From an uncultured Actinomycetota bacterium (GTDB lineage: Bacteria; Actinomycetota; Actinomycetes; Streptosporangiales; Streptosporangiaceae): a stretch of 64,000 nucleotides of DNA. Shown here piece after piece: positions 30,458 to 39,749 of the stretch. The translations under genes and the position numbers were made by a program. The DNA lies in NCBI GenBank assembly GCA_963745575.1, contig CAVUYA010000030.1, positions 27,913 through 91,912 of the forward strand, written 5' to 3'. The notes beneath the pieces were generated by a model. The model saw only the letters and a program-made list of their open reading frames with translations, searched no databases and had not been told where the DNA came from. Position 1 is the first letter of the stretch. Every line of letters begins with the position of its first letter.

Positions 30458-31959
30458 ATGAACGGGTTCTCTTGGGATCGGCTCCGCATGGCCGGCTGGG
30501 CGGCTGGCCTGCTGGCCGTGGCGCTCAGCCTGCTCATGCTCGCATCGGGCGGCAATCCAGGCCCGCCCACCTACGTGGCGGTCGTGGCTACCTGGCTGAT
30601 CATCGCCTGTGCTCCGCCGGGGGCACGCACGCTGGCGCCGCTCGCCGCGGCGGCCATCGGCCTGACCGGGATCGTGGTGGCGCTGGGCAGTCATCAGGCG
30701 GGCTCGTTCGACGGGTTGGCCGGAACTCGGTTCAGGGCGTGGTCTGTGTCGCTCCTGCTACAGTCCTGCGCGTTCCTGGCCGTGGGCCTCTGGTTGATCT
30801 GGCGCCGGCGGAACGTCGGCTCCGCCGCGCCTCGCGGCGACGTGGGCCAGCGGCCGTGGCGGCGCACGGGCCTGCTGCTAGTCCCGACCGCCGCGCTACT
30901 AGCCATCCTGATCGGCCAGCAGGGCAGCCATCCCGCGTGGACCGCGGCCCTGGGGGCCGTCGCGGTAGCGCTGATCGTGGTGGCCGGCCTGCCCGCAGCG
31001 GCACCGGATCTGGCGGCGGCCGGGCTGACCGCCCTCGGAGTCTGCGCGCTCAGCTACGTGATATCGCCGCCACCCATTCCCGTGAACGCCCTGACCGTCA
31101 GTCCCGGGGTCGCGCCCTCGGCCCCGTTTGGGCCTCCATCGACGCCCCGTTCGAGCTGGTGGCCGGGGTGCAGGCCGCGGCGATCCTGGCGCTCGGGCTC
31201 TGGCTGGTGCCGCGCACGATCGGGGTGCACGCCAGGACGCTGCTGCGACCGGACGCCGAGCTGGCCGGGCGGGTGGTGCAGCTCACCCAGACCCGGGCCG
31301 ACGCGGTGGACACCGCCGCCGCCGAGCTGCGCCGGGTGGAGCGGGACCTGCACGACGGCGCCCAGGCCCGCCTGGTCGCGCTCGGCATGAACCTGCGCGC
31401 CGCCGAGCGGCTGATCCCGACCAGCCCGCAGGCCGCGATGGCCCTGGTCGCCGAGGCCCGGGAGGCCTCGGCCAAGGCCCTGACCGAGCTGCGCGACCTG
31501 GTCCGCGGCGTCCACCCGCCGGTGCTGGCCGACCGCGGCCTGGCCGACGCGGTCCGGGCCCTGGCCCTGGACACCCCGATCAGGACCGAGACCGACATCG
31601 ACCTGCCCGGCCGGCTCGACCCGCCGGTCGAGTCCGCGTGCTACTTCGCGGTCGCCGAGGCGCTCGCCAACGCGGTCAAGCACTCCGGAGCCCGCCTGGT
31701 GCAGATCCGCATCCGGTACTCCCCCGACCCGCGCTCTCCGTGCGGACTCCGCGCTCCACCGGCGCTGCTGCGGATCGAGGTCACCGACAACGGCACCGGC
31801 GGCGCCGACCCGGCCCAGGGCAGCGGTCTGGCGGGCGTGGAGCGGCGGCTGGCTACCTTTGACGGCATCCTGGCTGTGAGCAGCCCGATCGGCGGGCCGA
31901 CCATCATCGTCATGGAGCTACCGTGCGCGTTGTCATCGGCGAGGACCTCTTCCTACTGA
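30458..31959 (+). pseudogene. NarL-partner sensor histidine kinase (HisKA_3; one frame change as assembled)
   Basis: The membrane domain lies in the ORF 30458 frame. From about 31120 the frame of ORF 30040-31959 gives RVERDLHDGAQARLVAL (H-box), VAEALANAVKHS and GSGLAGVERR. Confidence 0.75.
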
Positions 31960-32567
31960 GGGACGGGCTGGTCCGGCTGCTCGAGGCGCACGGCTTCGAG
32001 ATCGCGGCCGCCGTGGACAGCGCGCCCGCGCTGGTGCACGCCCTGCTCGAGCACCAGCCCGACGCGGCGGTCGTCGACGTCCGGCTGCCGCCGTCGTTCA
32101 CCGATGACGGCCTGCGCGCCGCGCTCGAGGCCCGGCGCCAGCTCCCCGGCCTGCCGGTGCTCGTGCTTTCCCAGTACGTCGAGCAGCTGTACGCCCGCGA
32201 GCTGCTGGCCGACCAGGCCGGCGCGGTCGGCTACCTGCTCAAGGACCGCGTCTTCAACGACGACCACTTCGTCGACGCGATCCGCACGGTCGCGCGCGGC
32301 GGCACGGTGATGGATCCCGAGGTGGTCTCCAAGCTGCTCGGGCGCCGCTCCCGCGACGAGCCGATCACCCGGCTGACGGCCCGGGAGCGCGAGGTCCTGG
32401 AGCTGATGGCCGAGGGGCGCTCCAACAGCGCGATCGCGCAGCGGCTGTTCATCTCGGAGAAGGCGGTGGGCAAGCACAGCACGAGCATCTTCGCCAAGCT
32501 GGACCTGGCCCCGTCGACCGACGACAACCGCCGGGTGCTGGCCGTGCTGGCCTTCCTGAACACCTGA
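31923..32567 (+). CDS. NarL/LuxR-family response regulator
   Basis: VRVVIGEDLFLLRDG...VVDVRLPP receiver domain. LTAREREVLELMAEGRSNSAIAQRLFISEKAVGKH HTH. GTG start overlaps the kinase 3' end. Confidence 0.9.
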   Translation: MRVVIGEDLFLLRDGLVRLLEAHGFEIAAAVDSAPALVHALLEHQPDAAVVDVRLPPSFTDDGLRAALEARRQLPGLPVLVLSQYVEQLYARELLADQAGAVGYLLKDRVFNDDHFVDAIRTVARGGTVMDPEVVSKLLGRRSRDEPITRLTAREREVLELMAEGRSNSAIAQRLFISEKAVGKHSTSIFAKLDLAPSTDDNRRVLAVLAFLNT

Positions 32568-32739
32568 TCCCGCGGACCTGGCCGGGGCCAGTGACTCCGG
32601 GGCCCGGCCGGCGTAACGTAATAGCAGGACCCGGGCGATGTCGTACAAAGAGCCGGCGGCGAGGGTGCGAGCCGGCCACCCTGGGTGGGCCGCAGGCCCA
32701 GCGTTGAGGTTCCCTCCGTGACACCCCGGGTCCGCCACG

Positions 32740-33567
32740 CTACAACGGCAGCAACTCGGGACGCTTGGGCGCCAGGCCGTCTCCGGAGGAGACGCCGCGC
32801 AGCCGCCTGCCGACCCAGGGCACGGCGTACTCCCTGGCCCAGCGTGCGTCAAGCCGGCGCGCCGCGAGCCAGGCGGCGGCCTGGGACAGGGCGGCCTGCG
32901 ACCGGACCGCTTCCGGGCTCAGCCGCGGCGGCAGCGGCTTGCGCCAGTCGCCCTCAACGGTCACGCCCATGACCTCGCAGGCCCGCAGGGCCACTCTCCG
33001 GTGACCGTCCGGGCCCAGGTGCAGCCGGTCCGCGCTCCACTCGCGCGGGTCGCCGAGCACCCGCATCGACCAGAGGTCCACCAGGCGGCAGCCGCGGCGG
33101 TCGGCGATCACGCGCAGGTGCATGTTGTAGGCGGCTACCTTGCCGCGGATCAGCCGGATCAACGGGAACGCGTGCGGGTCGAACCCGGTGAACACCAGCA
33201 CCTCGCGGCTGGCCGCCCGCAGCTGCGCGATCGCCGCGTCGAACGTCTGCGCGAGCGCATCGGGATCTGCCCGGGACCGGAGCAGATCGTTGCCGCCCGC
33301 CGCGATGCTGACCAGGTCGGGCGCCATGACCACGGCCCGGGGCACCTGCTCCGCGACGACCTGTCCGACCAGCCTGCCCCGCACCGCGAGGTTCGCGTAG
33401 CGCAGGTCCGGGCGGTCGGCGGCGAGGCGCTCGGCGAACCTGTCCGCCCAGCCGCGATAGCACAAGCCGCGGTGGCCGGTTCCGTCCGGGTACGGATCCC
33501 CGACGCCCTCGGTAAAGCTGTCGCCCAGCGCGACGAAGGACCCGATATCCAGCGGCGTGTCCCGCAT
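32740..33567 (-). CDS. SGNH/GDSL-family hydrolase
   Basis: Block I FVALGDSFTEG, block III AAGGNDLL. ATG 33567 (MRDTPLD) preferred over track start 33711, which would overlap merR. Confidence 0.8.
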   Translation of the reverse strand: MRDTPLDIGSFVALGDSFTEGVGDPYPDGTGHRGLCYRGWADRFAERLAADRPDLRYANLAVRGRLVGQVVAEQVPRAVVMAPDLVSIAAGGNDLLRSRADPDALAQTFDAAIAQLRAASREVLVFTGFDPHAFPLIRLIRGKVAAYNMHLRVIADRRGCRLVDLWSMRVLGDPREWSADRLHLGPDGHRRVALRACEVMGVTVEGDWRKPLPPRLSPEAVRSQAALSQAAAWLAARRLDARWAREYAVPWVGRRLRGVSSGDGLAPKRPELLPL

Positions 33568-33707
33568 CAACCCACCCGTTCCGCTCTCCTGCCCGTGGCG
33601 GCCGCTGCCGTGCCTGCCGCGGCGGCCGCTGCCGTGCCTGCCCGCGGCGGCCGCTATGCCTGCCTGCCTTACTGGTGACAGGCTAATCGGGGCGCGCTCG
33701 CTCCGGC

Positions 33708-34133
33708 TCACGGCGCTGCTTCGGCCACGGGGCTCAGGACCAGTTCGGGCTCCAGGCGCAGGGCCACGCAGTCGTCACCGTTGCCGTGCTCGCACACGTG
33801 GACCAGCCGTCGCAACCGGCACCGCAGCAGCGCGAGCTCCCCGAGCTGCTGGTCGACCGCCTCGAGCCTGGCCTCGGCCGCCCGCACGATGTCACCGGTG
33901 GAGCGGGCCTCGGCGGGCCCGAGCAGGTCACCGATCTCCCCGAGCGAGAACCCCAGCCGGCGGGCCCGGCGGATGAAGGCCAGCCGCCACCGGTCCGCCT
34001 CGGAGTACTCCCGGAAGCCGCCCGAGCCCCGGCGTTCGGGCAGCGCCAGCAGTCCCCGGCGCTGGTAGAAACGCACGGTCTCGACGCCGACCCCCTCCGC
34101 GGCCGCAAACTTGCCGATCGTCAGTCCAGCCAT
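33708..34133 (-). CDS. MerR-family regulator closely resembling Hg(II)-MerR in its DNA-binding half
   Basis: LTIGKFAAAEGVGVETVRFYQRRGLL...GFREYSEADRWRLAFIRRARRLGFSLGEIGDLL parallels Tn21/Tn501 MerR. The C-terminal VCEHGNGDDC pair is present, but the Cys82-equivalent is absent. Confidence 0.85.
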   Translation of the reverse strand: MAGLTIGKFAAAEGVGVETVRFYQRRGLLALPERRGSGGFREYSEADRWRLAFIRRARRLGFSLGEIGDLLGPAEARSTGDIVRAAEARLEAVDQQLGELALLRCRLRRLVHVCEHGNGDDCVALRLEPELVLSPVAEAAP

Positions 34134-34171
34134 GTCTACAAGCTAGTGGCCGTACCCGGGTACGGAGTCAA
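34134..34171 (-). promoter_or_regulatory. MerR-type promoter with mer-like operator palindrome, apparently leaderless
   Basis: Minus strand reads TTGACT-(20 nt containing the perfect 16-bp palindrome CCGTACCCGGGTACGG, 34150-34165)-TAGCTT-gtagac-ATG. Half-sites equal those of the Tn21 mer operator TCCGTAC..GTACGGA. The over-long spacer is the MerR-family hallmark. Confidence 0.55.
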
Positions 34172-34424
34172 CCGCGGAGGCGGCACAGAGGATCGGGCGG
34201 AGCTCGGTGCGGTCGAGTGTAAGAGCCTTGCTGGCCGCGGCGGCCAACTCGTGCCGGACGTGGCGCCTGAGGCTTGTTCTGAGGCGCACCGAGGGCTAAC
34301 AGATCAAAAATCTTTTCGATAAATATTTCTGGTACTGGCCAGATGTGATGGTTTTGTCGGTGCCCATCGATACCGTGGTTAGCGACAAAGTATGACGACC
34401 GGCCTGCGCCGAGGAGGTGAGTCA

Positions 34425-36690
34425 ATGCCGGATCAGGCGCCCGAACCAGGCCAGGACGGCGAGCAGCCCGCCACCTCACCAAGCGGCCAGCACTACCTCG
34501 ACTGGCAGGCGCTGCTGGACGCGCTGGCCGCAGGCGGGCTGCTGGACGGCGACCCGGACGATCAGGACGCCGCCGCGGCCGAGGACGGGCACATAAATCA
34601 GCCGCTGCCGCCCGGGCAAGCGGGGGCGCTGGCGGTCGAGCATATGGCGCCCGGCCCGGTCCAGGCCGGTTGGCTGGCCGCGGCCGCCACTGAGGCGGGG
34701 AGCCTGGATGAGTACGGGCTGGCCGGGGTGGCGATCGCCGCCCGCCAGCTCGCGTCCTGGGCGCAAGCCGCCGAACTATCCGCCGTGGCGCAGATCACCG
34801 CCCGGGCCGCCGCTGCCGACCGCAGGATCGGCCTGCACCCGGATGGGCGGCCGGCGCGGCTGTGCCGCGACGCGGTCGGTCAGGTGAGCCTGGCGCTGAT
34901 GCTGACCGACCACGCTGCGGCCGGCTGGGCTGACCTGTCCATCACCCTGGCCTGGCGGCTTCCCGAGACGGGAAGGGCGCTGGCGGCCGGGACCATCGAC
35001 CTGGCCCAGGCGAAGGTGATCGCCGAGACCACCAGCGTGCTGTCCGAGAACACCGCCCGCATGGTCGAAGATGCGGTCTTGCCCGACGCCGGACGGCAGA
35101 CCACCGCGCAGTTGCGGGTGCGGGTGCGCCGCGCGGTGATCGCCGCCGACCCGCAGGCGGCCGAGCGGCGGCGGGAAGAAGCCGAGCGGCAGGCCAAGGT
35201 GAGCCTGTACCCCGGTGACGACGGGACCGCGACGCTGGCCGGTGCCGGGTTACCCGCCGTGGAGGCGGCGGCGGCGATGGCGCGGATCACGGCGATCGCC
35301 CGGGCGATGAAGGCGGCCGGGCAGGGCGGCGGTCTGGACCTGCACCGGGCCAGGGTGATGCTGGGCCTGCTGCTGGGCACCCTGCCCTACATCCCCCCGC
35401 CCGGCGGCGCCCCCGAACCCGACCCGCCGCCCGGCGCTGATGACAGCCCGCCCGGCGATGGACCCGGCCCCGGCCCCGGTGGTCACCTCGCCGGCAGCGG
35501 CTCCGGCGGCCACGACCGGGGCGGCGGGCCTGAGGACAGTGGCCCTGGCCGCAGCTCCGGCCGCGCACCGTGGGACGACCCGCCCGCCCCGCGCGATGAG
35601 GACGCCCCAGACGACGACGCTCCGGATGAGGACGGCCGCGATCACGGCGGCGACCCCGGCGACGGCCCGGATGACAGCCGCGAGGACGGCGAGGATGACT
35701 GGCCCGGGACCGGGCCGGTACCGCCATGGCCAGGCCTGGGCGCGATCCCGCCCCCGCTGGCCCGCCCCCGTCCCGCCGGCGGGCGGCCCGCGCCAAGGCT
35801 GCTGGACCTCACCCTGCCCTGGGCCACCCTGGCCGGACACTCCGCCGCGCCCGGGCTGCTGGGCCGCATCGGCCCGATCACCGCCGTCCAGGCCCGACAG
35901 CTCGCCCACGCCGCCCAAGCCGACCCGGCCGCCCAGTGGCGCATCATCGTCACCAACCCCGCCGGGCAAGCCATCACCGTCACCCGCATTCCCCGCCGCA
36001 GCCGCGACGGCCCCGCTCCGGCCCGCGCCAGTCCTGGCCTGGCCCGCGATGGCCCTGGCCCGGCCCGTGATGGCTCTGGCCCGGCCCGTGACCGCCCCTG
36101 GCCTGCCGCGCCGGCCCGGATGCCGACCGCGGAAGCGCGCCCGGCGCCGGACTGGTCGGCCGCGTCACCCTGACCATCACCCAGGACACCCTCACCAGCC
36201 ACCAGCAGGCAGCCGACCCGAGGCCACCCGCCGGGACAGCCAGGCCCGGACCACCCGCCCGGGCAGCCAGGCCCTGACCACCCGCCCGGGCAGCCTGACC
36301 CGGACCACCCGCCCGGGCAGCCAGACCCGGACCACCCGCCGACATCACCGCCATGGCACTGCACGCCGCCGCCCGCGCCCTGCACACCGCCCTGGCCCAG
36401 GCCCGCGCCGACGCCGCCGCAGGCGGGTGCGCCCACCATGCCCGGTCCGATGCCTACCGGCCCCCGCCGCGGCTGCGCGAGCAGGTCACCGCCCGCGACC
36501 TCACCTGCCGCCACCCGGCCTGCCGCCAGCCCGCCTGGCGCGCCGACCTCGACCACACCCGCCCCTGGGAAGACGGCGGCCCCACCTGCACCTGCAACCT
36601 CGGCGGCGCCTGCCGCCGCCACCACCAGCTCAAGCAACACCCCCGCTGGAACCTCCGGCAAACCCGCCCCGGCCACTTCACCTGGACCAC
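34425..36690 (+). pseudogene. DUF222 / HNH endonuclease (REP13E12-type), 5' part; interrupted by the serine-recombinase element and internally disrupted
   Basis: GGAGGTGAG RBS plus ATG 34425. DUF222 core (LSAVAQITARAAAADRR...IDLAQAKVIAETTS...). Frame change near 36140. In-frame TGA at 36275 and 36296. HNH part DLTCRHPACRQPAWRADLDHTRPWEDGGPTCTCNLGGACRRHHQLK. Native sequence ends at ...FTWT(T) at 36690. Confidence 0.8.
36222..36340. repeat. 27-nt tandem repeat (about 4.5 units) inside the DUF222 gene
   Basis: Units GGACCACCCGCCCGGGCAGCCAGGCCC at 36222, 36248, 36275, 36302 and 36329 (the last partial). Two variant units create in-frame TGA codons. Confidence 0.8.
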
Positions 36691-36736
36691 CTTGGCTAGA
36701 ACTGTATTACTCACACTTTGCGGGTAGACTCATGGC

Positions 36737-38188
36737 ATGAGCAAGACCCCAGGTCAGCAAGGCCCCATCGACATCTACGCCCGCGTTTCCCGCAAGGGTG
36801 ACAAGCGGCAGCAGAGCACAAGCGGGCAGGTAGGCGCCTGCCGCGCGGTTCTGGCCGAGCGCGAGCTACCCGCCGGCGAGACCTTCATCGACCCCGGCCT
36901 GTCAGCGTGGAATCCCAAGGTGACGCGGCCCGACTGGGACGCGCTCATGGCGCGGCTGGAGAGCGGCGCGTCGGCCGGGGTCATCGTGTTTGACCTTGAG
37001 CGGTTCGCGCGCCGGCCCGCCGATGGCGAGCGGCTGATCGCTGCGGCTGAGCGTGGCTTGCTGGTGCTGGACTCCGACGCAGAGTTTGATCTTTGCTCCG
37101 CGAGCGGCAAGAAGGCATTCCGCGACGCGATGAACGCAGCGGCGTACTACTCCAACCGGCTGTCCGACCGCGTCAAGCGCGGGAAGGCAGCGAAGGCACG
37201 CAACGGGCAGGTTGACCGGGCCGGCTGGCAGGATCGCCCGTTCGGGTGGGAGCCGGACGGCATCACGCAGCAGCCGGCCGAGGTGAGCATCCTGCGCGAG
37301 ATCGCGCGCCGTGTCCTCGCCGGCGAGTCGCAAGACGTGATCGCGCTTGACCTGAACGGCCGGGGGGTCACCACGACGCAGGGCAAGCCATGGCAGGCCA
37401 CGCGCATCCGTGAGCTACTTCTCCGCGAGCGCAACCGGGGCAACCTTGAGCACTGCGGCGTGATCGTCGCGAAGCTGCCCGGGGAGCCGGTCATCGACTC
37501 CGCGACGTTCGACCGGCTGAGCGCGAAGTACGCCGCGCGGCGCGCGGGCCGGCCCTACACCCGCACGTACCTCGCCAGCGGCGCGGCAATATGCGCGGTC
37601 TGCCGGCTGGCGCTGACCGGGCGCCCGGTGCCGCGACGGCGGCCCTACCCTGACGGCTCGGTCGCGCGAGAGTACCGGTGCTGCAAGAAGGTCGGCACCG
37701 CTGCGTGCGGGACGGTCGCCATAGACCAGCGAGCGCTCGACGCCGCCACGCGGGAACTGGCCATCGCCATCCTGTCCGACCCGCGCCACGCCGCGCAGGT
37801 CGAGGCCGCCGCGGCCCGGCACATCGAGGAGGCAACCGCGCTCGACAGCCTGATCGCCGAAGCGGAGACGACCGCGCTACAGATCGGCGACCGGCTCGGC
37901 CGCGGCGAGATCACCCTGGCCCGTCACGACACGATCATGGGCCCGCTCGACGCGCGCCTGGCGGACCTGCGCACGAAGCGCGAAGCGCTCAACGGCGGCC
38001 CGGCCGAGCCGTTGCCCGCAGCGCAGTCGCGCGCCGAGTGGGCGGCACGGTGGGACGCCGCCGAGCCCGCCGAGCGCCGGACCCTGCTGGCGATGGCACT
38101 GCGCGGCCGGATCCTGGTCGTCGGCACGGCCGACCCCTCCGAGCCCGCGAACGTGGCGCGCAGGCTCAGCATCGGGGACCGGCCATGA
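36737..38188 (+). CDS. Large serine recombinase (integrase)
   Basis: 483 aa. Resolvase-type N-terminus IDIYARVSRKGDKRQ (catalytic Ser), recombinase domain, Cys-rich zinc ribbon (CAVCRLALTG...CCKKVGTAAC) and a C-terminal coiled coil. Confidence 0.9.
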   Translation: MSKTPGQQGPIDIYARVSRKGDKRQQSTSGQVGACRAVLAERELPAGETFIDPGLSAWNPKVTRPDWDALMARLESGASAGVIVFDLERFARRPADGERLIAAAERGLLVLDSDAEFDLCSASGKKAFRDAMNAAAYYSNRLSDRVKRGKAAKARNGQVDRAGWQDRPFGWEPDGITQQPAEVSILREIARRVLAGESQDVIALDLNGRGVTTTQGKPWQATRIRELLLRERNRGNLEHCGVIVAKLPGEPVIDSATFDRLSAKYAARRAGRPYTRTYLASGAAICAVCRLALTGRPVPRRRPYPDGSVAREYRCCKKVGTAACGTVAIDQRALDAATRELAIAILSDPRHAAQVEAAAARHIEEATALDSLIAEAETTALQIGDRLGRGEITLARHDTIMGPLDARLADLRTKREALNGGPAEPLPAAQSRAEWAARWDAAEPAERRTLLAMALRGRILVVGTADPSEPANVARRLSIGDRP

Positions 38189-38514
38189 GCGGCCCGTCCT
38201 ATGTGGAGCTGGAGATCCTGTGCGAGCGCTGCGAGCGCGCGGGAAGGCGACGCAGGCTCGCGCTGTTCGGCTCCTACACCTACCCCGGCGCCGACCGTAC
38301 CCCGTGGGAGCAGGGCCGCCGCTACGGCGGCGCGAAGGTGCGCTCGCTGTGGTGGGGACCGGACGGCAACGACAAGGTCAAGCTCTCCTGCGACGGCACC
38401 GACAGCGGGCGGGGATGCCAGAACATGCCCGACATCACCCGGGCGTGGGTGATCGAACAGCTCGCCGAGATCTGGGCGCCGGACAGCCGCGAAACCCGGA
38501 CCGTGCTGCGGTAG
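38185..38514 (+). CDS. Hypothetical protein (Cys-containing, 109 aa)
   Basis: ATG 38185 overlaps the integrase stop (ATGA). MSGPSYVELEILCERCERAG... In frame with the tail of track ORF 37678-38514. Confidence 0.5.
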   Translation: MSGPSYVELEILCERCERAGRRRRLALFGSYTYPGADRTPWEQGRRYGGAKVRSLWWGPDGNDKVKLSCDGTDSGRGCQNMPDITRAWVIEQLAEIWAPDSRETRTVLR

Positions 38515-38619
38515 GGTGATCGCAGCCACAACGGCATAGGCCGCCGCGGAGGGCCGGACCCGCGGACATGCGCACCTCGGCGGGTGACGCGAGAATCTCG
38601 TGTCCCGAGGTGCTGCCAG

Positions 38620-38883
38620 ATGGCCGCCAAGTCCAAGACCCGCCGGACTATCTCCGGCAAGATCGCCGCCATCGAGCGGCACAACGGCCCCGGTGATCCC
38701 CGCCTGGACCCGCTGAAGATCGCCGGAGCCGCGCTGGCCATCGCCGAGATCGCCGAGTGGGCCCGCTGCGCCGCCGCGGCGCTGCCCGTGTTCGACCAGG
38801 CCGAGATCGACGCCGCGGGCCGCGCAGCCGCCAAGATCGACGCCAGGCGCGCCCGCAAGGCGGCCGGCAATGCGGCCACCTGA
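38620..38883 (+). CDS. Hypothetical protein
   Basis: MAAKSKTRRTISGKIAAIERHNGPGDPRLDPLKIAG... within track ORF 38584-38883. No recognisable motif. Confidence 0.4.
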   Translation: MAAKSKTRRTISGKIAAIERHNGPGDPRLDPLKIAGAALAIAEIAEWARCAAAALPVFDQAEIDAAGRAAAKIDARRARKAAGNAAT

Positions 38884-39136
38884 CAACAAGGCGGGCCGCC
38901 CCCGGCAAGGACGGCCCGCAACGTCAGCCCCGGCGACGGCGCTCGACGCTCTCACCGTACCGCGCGAGCTGGCGGCGTGGCGCTGCTGGACGCACCGGGC
39001 CCGGCACGCATGCGGGTGCGGCCGGGCGGCCGACTGCCTGCTGAACGACCCGCTGCCCGTGCACGCGCCGCAGCCTTGCGCCGGCCAGTTCGGCGAGGAC
39101 GGCCGCTGGCGGGCGCATTGCCGGGCCGCGTCGTGA
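38870..39136 (+). CDS. Hypothetical Cys-rich small protein
   Basis: 88-aa ORF with high third-position GC by eye. Stop overlaps the next GTG start (GTGA 39133-39136). CWTHRARHACGCGRAADC...C...C. Confidence 0.35.
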   Translation: MRPPDNKAGRPRQGRPATSAPATALDALTVPRELAAWRCWTHRARHACGCGRAADCLLNDPLPVHAPQPCAGQFGEDGRWRAHCRAAS

Positions 39137-39537
39137 CCGGCTGGTGCGCCGCACCCGGGTGCGGTAACCATCTGCCCCCGCGCAGGCGCCGGTTCTGCTG
39201 CGACCTCTGCCGCATCCGCGGGCAGCGGGCCGAGAACCGCACCGAGAACGGCGATTTCGGCCGGGCCGCGATCCGCATGATCCGCGCGATGGCCAGGCGC
39301 GTCGGCGCGGCCGACATCGCGGAGTTCGGCGCCATGTGGGAGGTCATGACCGAGGCCGAGCGCGCGGTAACCGACACGATCGACGGCCTCCAGAAGAGCG
39401 GCTACTCCTGGTCCCAGATCGGCGCTGAGATCGGCTGGAGCAAGCAGCGGCTGTCCCAGTGGAGGCAGCGCCGGGGCGCGGTCCAGCGTAAACGGACCGT
39501 TGACGCCGGGCCGGCGGGAACAGGTGACCCGGCATGA
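39133..39537 (+). CDS. Zn-ribbon plus HTH DNA-binding protein
   Basis: VTGWCAAPGCGNHLPPRRRRFCCDLC (CxxC..CxxC), then KSGYSWSQIGAEIGWSKQRLSQWRQ (HTH-like). Confidence 0.5.
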   Translation: MTGWCAAPGCGNHLPPRRRRFCCDLCRIRGQRAENRTENGDFGRAAIRMIRAMARRVGAADIAEFGAMWEVMTEAERAVTDTIDGLQKSGYSWSQIGAEIGWSKQRLSQWRQRRGAVQRKRTVDAGPAGTGDPA

Positions 39538-39749
39538 CCGGGTGCGCCGACTCCCGCGGCGACGGAGAGACCATGCTGGCGCGGGCCGAGCGGACGGCCA
39601 GGGGCGCCCGGCTGTTCCGCCAGATCGCTGATGACGCCGAGGCCGAGGTCGTACGCGCGTACGACCGGTGGAAGGACGCCGAGGCCAGGGCCGACACTGC
39701 CGAGGACGAGGCGCGCCGGGCCGCTGCTGCGCTGGACGGTGCGGCATGA
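39534..39749 (+). CDS. Hypothetical small helical protein
   Basis: 71-aa ORF, ATGA-coupled at both ends (39534-39537 and 39746-39749). Confidence 0.45.
   Translation: MTGCADSRGDGETMLARAERTARGARLFRQIADDAEAEVVRAYDRWKDAEARADTAEDEARRAAAALDGAA

Noticed and set aside
33708-34171. Mercury-resistance (mer) operon
   Set aside because: The regulator and operator look mer-like, but no merA, merT, merP or merB gene exists within several kb and one of the three Hg-binding Cys positions is missing. It is called only a MerR-like regulator of unknown effector.
35440-36699. 419-aa plus-strand ORF (and 344-aa minus-strand ORF 35642-36676) across the DUF222 repeat region
   Set aside because: These frames stay open only because of GC richness and in-phase repeats. 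Their translations are P/R/T-rich. The DUF222 and HNH motifs lie in the other frames.
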